From an uncultured Chloroflexia bacterium (GTDB taxonomy: Bacteria > Chloroflexota > Limnocylindria > Limnocylindrales > CSP1-4), in contig CAVPNC010000020.1 in NCBI GenBank assembly GCA_963706695.1, forward strand, positions 72,372 through 136,371: a DNA stretch of 64,000 nucleotides. The letters run 5' to 3'. Positions 60,245-64,000 of this stretch are shown here, one piece after another. The notes under the pieces are model-generated. The model was given only the letters and a program-made list of their open reading frames with translations, was not told the DNA's origin and did not search any database. Position 1 is the first letter of the stretch; every line of letters starts with the position of its first letter. Position numbers and translations under genes: made by a program.

Positions 60245-61228
60245 ATGCATTACCGACGACTTGGCAAGACCGGATACGAGATCAGCACCATCGGCTTCGG
60301 GGCCTGGGCCATCGGGGCTGACTGGGGGGACGTCGACGACAGGGAGTCCCTGGCCGCCCTCCACGCCGCCGCTGATGCGGGCGTCAACTTCATCGACACG
60401 GCTGACGTCTATGGCGACGGCCGCAGCGAGCGCGTCATCGCCGGCTTCCTCAAGGAGCGAGCAGGCGAGCGCCTCTATGTGGCCACCAAGATGGGCCGGC
60501 GCGTGGAGCAGACGCTGGAGAACTACACGCCCGAGGCCTTCATGGCCTGGACCCAGCGCTCACGCGAGAACCTCGACACCGAAACGCTCGACCTGCTCCA
60601 GCTGCACTGCCCACCGTTCGACGTCTACTACACGCCGGAGCTGTTCGCGGCCTGCGACGAGCTGGTCGAGCAGGGCGTCATGCGCCACTACGGCGTGAGC
60701 GTGGAGAAGGTCGAGCAGGCGCAGAAGGCCATGGAGTATCGCGGCGTGGCCACCGTCCAGATCATCTTCAACATGGTCCGCCAGCGCCCGGCTGACCAAT
60801 TCCTGGCCGAGGCACTCGCGAACGACGTGGGCGTGCTCGCGCGGGTGCCCCTGGCCTCCGGCCTGCTCACGGGCAAGTACGACGCCGGCTCCACCTTCGC
60901 CGAGAACGACCACCGCAACTACAACCGCCAGGGCCAGGCCTTCGACGTGGGCGAGACCTTCGCCGGGCTGGACTACGGTGCCGGTCTCGAGTTCGTGGCA
61001 GCGATCGGGGACCTGGTGCCGGCGGGAGCCACCACGGCCCAGCTGGCGCTGCGCTGGATCCTCATGCATGAGGGCGTGACCGCGGCCATCCCCGGCGCCA
61101 AGGACCCAGACCAGGCCCGCGCCAATGCTGCTGCTGCGGATCTCGCGCCCCTGTCGGAGGAGACCATGGCGCGCGTGACGGAGCTCTACGAGCGGTACGC
61201 CAAGCCCCTCGTGCACCAGCGCTGGTAG
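60245..61228 (+). CDS. Aldo/keto reductase
   Basis: ATG 60245. The sequence MHYRRLGKTGYEISTIGFGAWAIG...FIDTADVYGDGRSE is typical of AKR11/13-like enzymes. Intact. Confidence 0.85.
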   Translation: MHYRRLGKTGYEISTIGFGAWAIGADWGDVDDRESLAALHAAADAGVNFIDTADVYGDGRSERVIAGFLKERAGERLYVATKMGRRVEQTLENYTPEAFMAWTQRSRENLDTETLDLLQLHCPPFDVYYTPELFAACDELVEQGVMRHYGVSVEKVEQAQKAMEYRGVATVQIIFNMVRQRPADQFLAEALANDVGVLARVPLASGLLTGKYDAGSTFAENDHRNYNRQGQAFDVGETFAGLDYGAGLEFVAAIGDLVPAGATTAQLALRWILMHEGVTAAIPGAKDPDQARANAAAADLAPLSEETMARVTELYERYAKPLVHQRW

Positions 61229-61326
61229 ACCGTCTGCGCGAGAGCGAGCCGAGACGCGCGAGCGTAGTCTAGGAGCTCTGAGGCGCTTCTCGCGCCATCC
61301 GAACCTGACGAAGGAGACCAGCCACA

Positions 61327-62979
61327 TTGGCAGCGCACGCCCCGACCATGGCCGAACTGGACTCAGCGCTGCTGCTCCCGCATCGCCGCAAGATGGAGAT
61401 CCTCTTCGCCATCCTGCTGGTCCTCTTCCTCTCGGCACTGGACCAGACCATCGTCGGCGTGGCGCTCCCTCGCATCGTGGGCCATCTTGGTGGCACCAAC
61501 GAGCTGTACACATGGGTCGTCACCAGCTACCTGCTGACCGCCACCATCACCGGTGTCTTCTACGGCAAGCTCTCCGACATCTACGGACGCCGGCCCATGC
61601 TGCTCTTCGGCGTCACCGTCTTCCTCATCGGTTCGGTGCTTTCCGGCCTGTCGTGGTCGATGGAGTCCCTCATCATCTTCCGCGGCATCCAGGGCGTCGG
61701 CGCCGGCGCCATCTTCCCCATCTCGCTGGCGGTCATCGGCGACCTCTTCGATCCTCGGGAGCGCGGACGCTATCAGGGTCTCTTCGGAGCGGTCTTCGGT
61801 ATCGCTGCTGTTCTCGGGCCGCTGCTCGGCGGCTTCATCACGGAGCAGCTGAGCTGGCACTGGATCTTCTTCGTCAACGTGCCCATCGGCCTGGTCGCGC
61901 TCTACATCGTGTTTCGCTACCTGCCCACCATCCACGGCGAGTCCAGGACGCGCAACCTCGACTATGCCGGGGCCGTGGTCTTCTCCATCGGGGTGGTCTT
62001 CCTGCTGCTCGGCCTGACCAACAAGGCCACCGGAGAATGGATGGACGTCAGCGTGGGTGGGTTCCTGCTCATCGCGGTCGTGCTGACCCCGATCTTCCTG
62101 TTCATCGAGTCGCGCGCGGCAGAACCCATCATCCCCCTCGAGCTCTTCCGCAACCGCAACTACGCGGCGACCATCCTGGCCACCTTCCTGGCGGCCATCG
62201 GCTTCTTTGGCGCGATCATCTTCCTGCCCCGCTGGCTCCAGTTCGTGCAGAACGTCAGCGCCACGGACTCCGGCCTGCAGATCCTGCCGCTCATGGCCGG
62301 CGTCATCCTCAGCTCCATCGGGGCGGGCGTGCTCGTCAGCCGGACGGGACGCTACAAGTGGATCCTCAGCGGAGCGCTCCTCATCATGGGCGTGGGCATC
62401 CTGCTCTTCACCGGGCTGCGCGCCACCACCGATCTGCAGCTGCTGTGGCTGTGGATGTTCATCGCCGGGATCGGTATCGGCCCCACCCTCTCGGTCTTCA
62501 CCATCGTGATCCAGGCGTCGGTGCCCTTCAGCCGGCTGGGCGTCGCGACCGGCAACCTGACGTTCTTCCGCCAGATCGGCGGCTCAGTCGGCCTGGCCAT
62601 CGTGGGCACGCTCTTCGCCGACTCGTTCGCCTCGCGACTCCAGCCATCGCTGTCCGAGGCTGGCGTGCCACCTGAGCAGGTGGGAGCGGTGCTGCAGTTC
62701 GCGGGCGGCGGCAGCCTGGGTCAGGTCGGCGACACGACGTTGGCCCAGCAGCTGGCCCAGGTCCCGCCGCTGCAGGGCTTCGTGGACCAGATCGTGGCCG
62801 GCGTGTACGACGCCTTCTCAGCGGCCATCAGCGATACCTTCTGGTTCGGGCTGATGGCCACGATGGTCGCGCTGGTGGTCGTGGTGCTGTTCCTCAGGGA
62901 CCTGCCGCTACGCAGGGCTGCAGCCGTCCCGGTCGAGGGCCCCGTCGAAGCGGTACCAGACGCCACCGCAGATGCCTGA
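61327..62979 (+). CDS. MFS transporter, DHA2 (EmrB/QacA, 14-TMS) family
   Basis: Intact 550-aa ORF. The TTG start at 61327 follows GAAGGAGA. The LSDIYGRRPML motif is present. The alternative start is ATG 61348. Confidence 0.8.
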   Translation: MAAHAPTMAELDSALLLPHRRKMEILFAILLVLFLSALDQTIVGVALPRIVGHLGGTNELYTWVVTSYLLTATITGVFYGKLSDIYGRRPMLLFGVTVFLIGSVLSGLSWSMESLIIFRGIQGVGAGAIFPISLAVIGDLFDPRERGRYQGLFGAVFGIAAVLGPLLGGFITEQLSWHWIFFVNVPIGLVALYIVFRYLPTIHGESRTRNLDYAGAVVFSIGVVFLLLGLTNKATGEWMDVSVGGFLLIAVVLTPIFLFIESRAAEPIIPLELFRNRNYAATILATFLAAIGFFGAIIFLPRWLQFVQNVSATDSGLQILPLMAGVILSSIGAGVLVSRTGRYKWILSGALLIMGVGILLFTGLRATTDLQLLWLWMFIAGIGIGPTLSVFTIVIQASVPFSRLGVATGNLTFFRQIGGSVGLAIVGTLFADSFASRLQPSLSEAGVPPEQVGAVLQFAGGGSLGQVGDTTLAQQLAQVPPLQGFVDQIVAGVYDAFSAAISDTFWFGLMATMVALVVVVLFLRDLPLRRAAAVPVEGPVEAVPDATADA

Positions 62980-63009
62980 CCGTTCCATGACACAAGGAGG
63001 AGGAGATCG

Positions 63010-63897
63010 ATGAAGGTCGGCCTGATCACGCCCCAAGGCTGGAAGATGGAGTACGAGGGCTGGGACCCAGCTGACGCCTGGGCCAACACCGTCGCGCTCG
63101 CGAAGCAGGCGGAAGAGCTCGGCTTCGAGTCGCTCTGGGCCTTCGATCACTTCACGACCGTGCCGGAGCCGACCGACGAGATGACGCTCGAGTCGTTCTC
63201 GCAGCTGACGGCCATCGCCATGGTGACCAGCAACGTGCGGCTGGGCCACATGGTCATCTGCACTGCGTTCCGCAATCCCGCGCTCACGGCCAAGCTGGCT
63301 TCCACCATCGACGTCATCAGCGGCGGTCGCTTCGAGATCGGCATCGGCGCCGGCTGGAAGGAAGACGAGTGGCTCGCCTACGGCTACGGCTTCCCGCCCA
63401 TCGGCGAGCGCATCAGCACCTTCGAGGAGCACCTGGAGGTGATCACCCGCATGATCGCGCCGGGGCGGGCGACCTACGAGGGCAAGCGGGTCCACGTGCA
63501 CGGCGCCATCAACGAGCCGCGCAGCATCCAGGCCAAGATCCCGCTCATCGTGGGCGGCAACGGGCCGAAGCGCACCGCCGGGCTCGCCGTCAGGTTCGCC
63601 GACGAGCTGAACTTCGTCTTCCGCCAGCCGGATTGGGTGGCCCAGCGCATGACCGAGGTCCGCGCCATGTGCGACGCGGCCGGCCGCGACCCGCGGACCC
63701 TCCGCTTCTCCGCCTATACGCTCGACGAGGACTACCTCCAGGCCGGTCAGGCACGTGTGGATCTCGTCGGCGCGTGGGCCGAGACGGGCATCGACCGCAT
63801 CGTCTGCTTCCCCACCAAGCTCGACCCATCGCTCGAGGCCCAGGCTGCCTTCGCCGAGGATGTCAAGGCCGCCGGCGTCGCTCTCGACGGAGCCTAG
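63010..63897 (+). CDS. LLM-class (luciferase-like) F420-dependent oxidoreductase
   Basis: Intact 295-aa ORF. The RBS AGGAGGAGGAG lies upstream. The pattern FESLWAFDHF...GRFEIGIGAGW...PLIVGGNGPKRT is typical of the TIGR03560-like group as I recall it. Confidence 0.8.
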   Translation: MKVGLITPQGWKMEYEGWDPADAWANTVALAKQAEELGFESLWAFDHFTTVPEPTDEMTLESFSQLTAIAMVTSNVRLGHMVICTAFRNPALTAKLASTIDVISGGRFEIGIGAGWKEDEWLAYGYGFPPIGERISTFEEHLEVITRMIAPGRATYEGKRVHVHGAINEPRSIQAKIPLIVGGNGPKRTAGLAVRFADELNFVFRQPDWVAQRMTEVRAMCDAAGRDPRTLRFSAYTLDEDYLQAGQARVDLVGAWAETGIDRIVCFPTKLDPSLEAQAAFAEDVKAAGVALDGA

Positions 63898-63904
63898 TCA
63901 GCCG

Positions 63905-64000
63905 ATGGCACGCACGCCCGGGCTGCTGCTGATCATCCTGGTCCCTGCCCTCCTCTGGGCCGGAGGTGCCACCGCCTCTGAGGAGGCGGACGGGCCGACC
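63905..64000 (+). CDS. Start of a secreted/exported protein; 3' end is outside the window
   Basis: ATG 63905 followed by a signal-peptide-like MARTPGLLLIILVPALLWAGGATA. Only 32 codons are visible. Confidence 0.3.
   Translation, partial: MARTPGLLLIILVPALLWAGGATASEEADGPT

Overview
High-GC (about 68-70%) chromosomal segment, most likely Actinomycetota: it carries a mycothiol-type MDMPI/DinB protein and an F420-type LLM oxidoreductase. I saw no rRNA, tRNA, CRISPR array, transposase, integrase or phage genes.

Gene content, about 60 genes:
- Carbohydrate and polyol catabolism dominates. This includes a partial GH94 phosphorylase, a PfkB-kinase/MDR/MtlD-like operon, and a 15-gene co-directional sugar locus at 9.4-26.9 kb. 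That locus holds a CUT2 ABC transporter, a FucI-like isomerase, two SAF-domain oxidoreductase paralogs, two FGGY kinases, an URO-D-like protein and a SorC regulator. There is also a GH13 sucrose-phosphorylase-like gene and a sorbitol/mannitol-type locus at 48.3-56.7 kb.
- A thiol/sulfur module: a CoA-disulfide reductase fused to rhodanese, cysE, cysK and a DsbB-like gene.
- An eutB/eutC-like pair with an AraC regulator.
- A ferric-reductase / FMN-binding / ApbE operon.
- An FeS-type photolyase.
- A SPASM radical-SAM maturase with a SEC-C tail.
- Several transporters.

Most conspicuous non-gene signals:
1. Roughly 55 frame breaks affect about 27 genes and are strongly clustered. The 29.5-35.9 kb block has about one per 200 bp, while 10.9-19.8 kb and 49.9-64.0 kb have none. 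Flanking residues stay canonical, so consensus indel error is more likely than decay. This produces chimeric ORFs in the supplied ORF track.
2. A 705-bp PEPT-coding 6/12-nt tandem array carries four indels totalling +7 nt. Removing them restores one long ORF.
3. Two near-identical promoter-plus-palindrome modules sit inside the large sugar locus.

I found no clearly novel defence or mobile system. The candidates for a second look are ranked in the findings. All analysis was by eye, and frame-break coordinates are good to about +/-15 nt.
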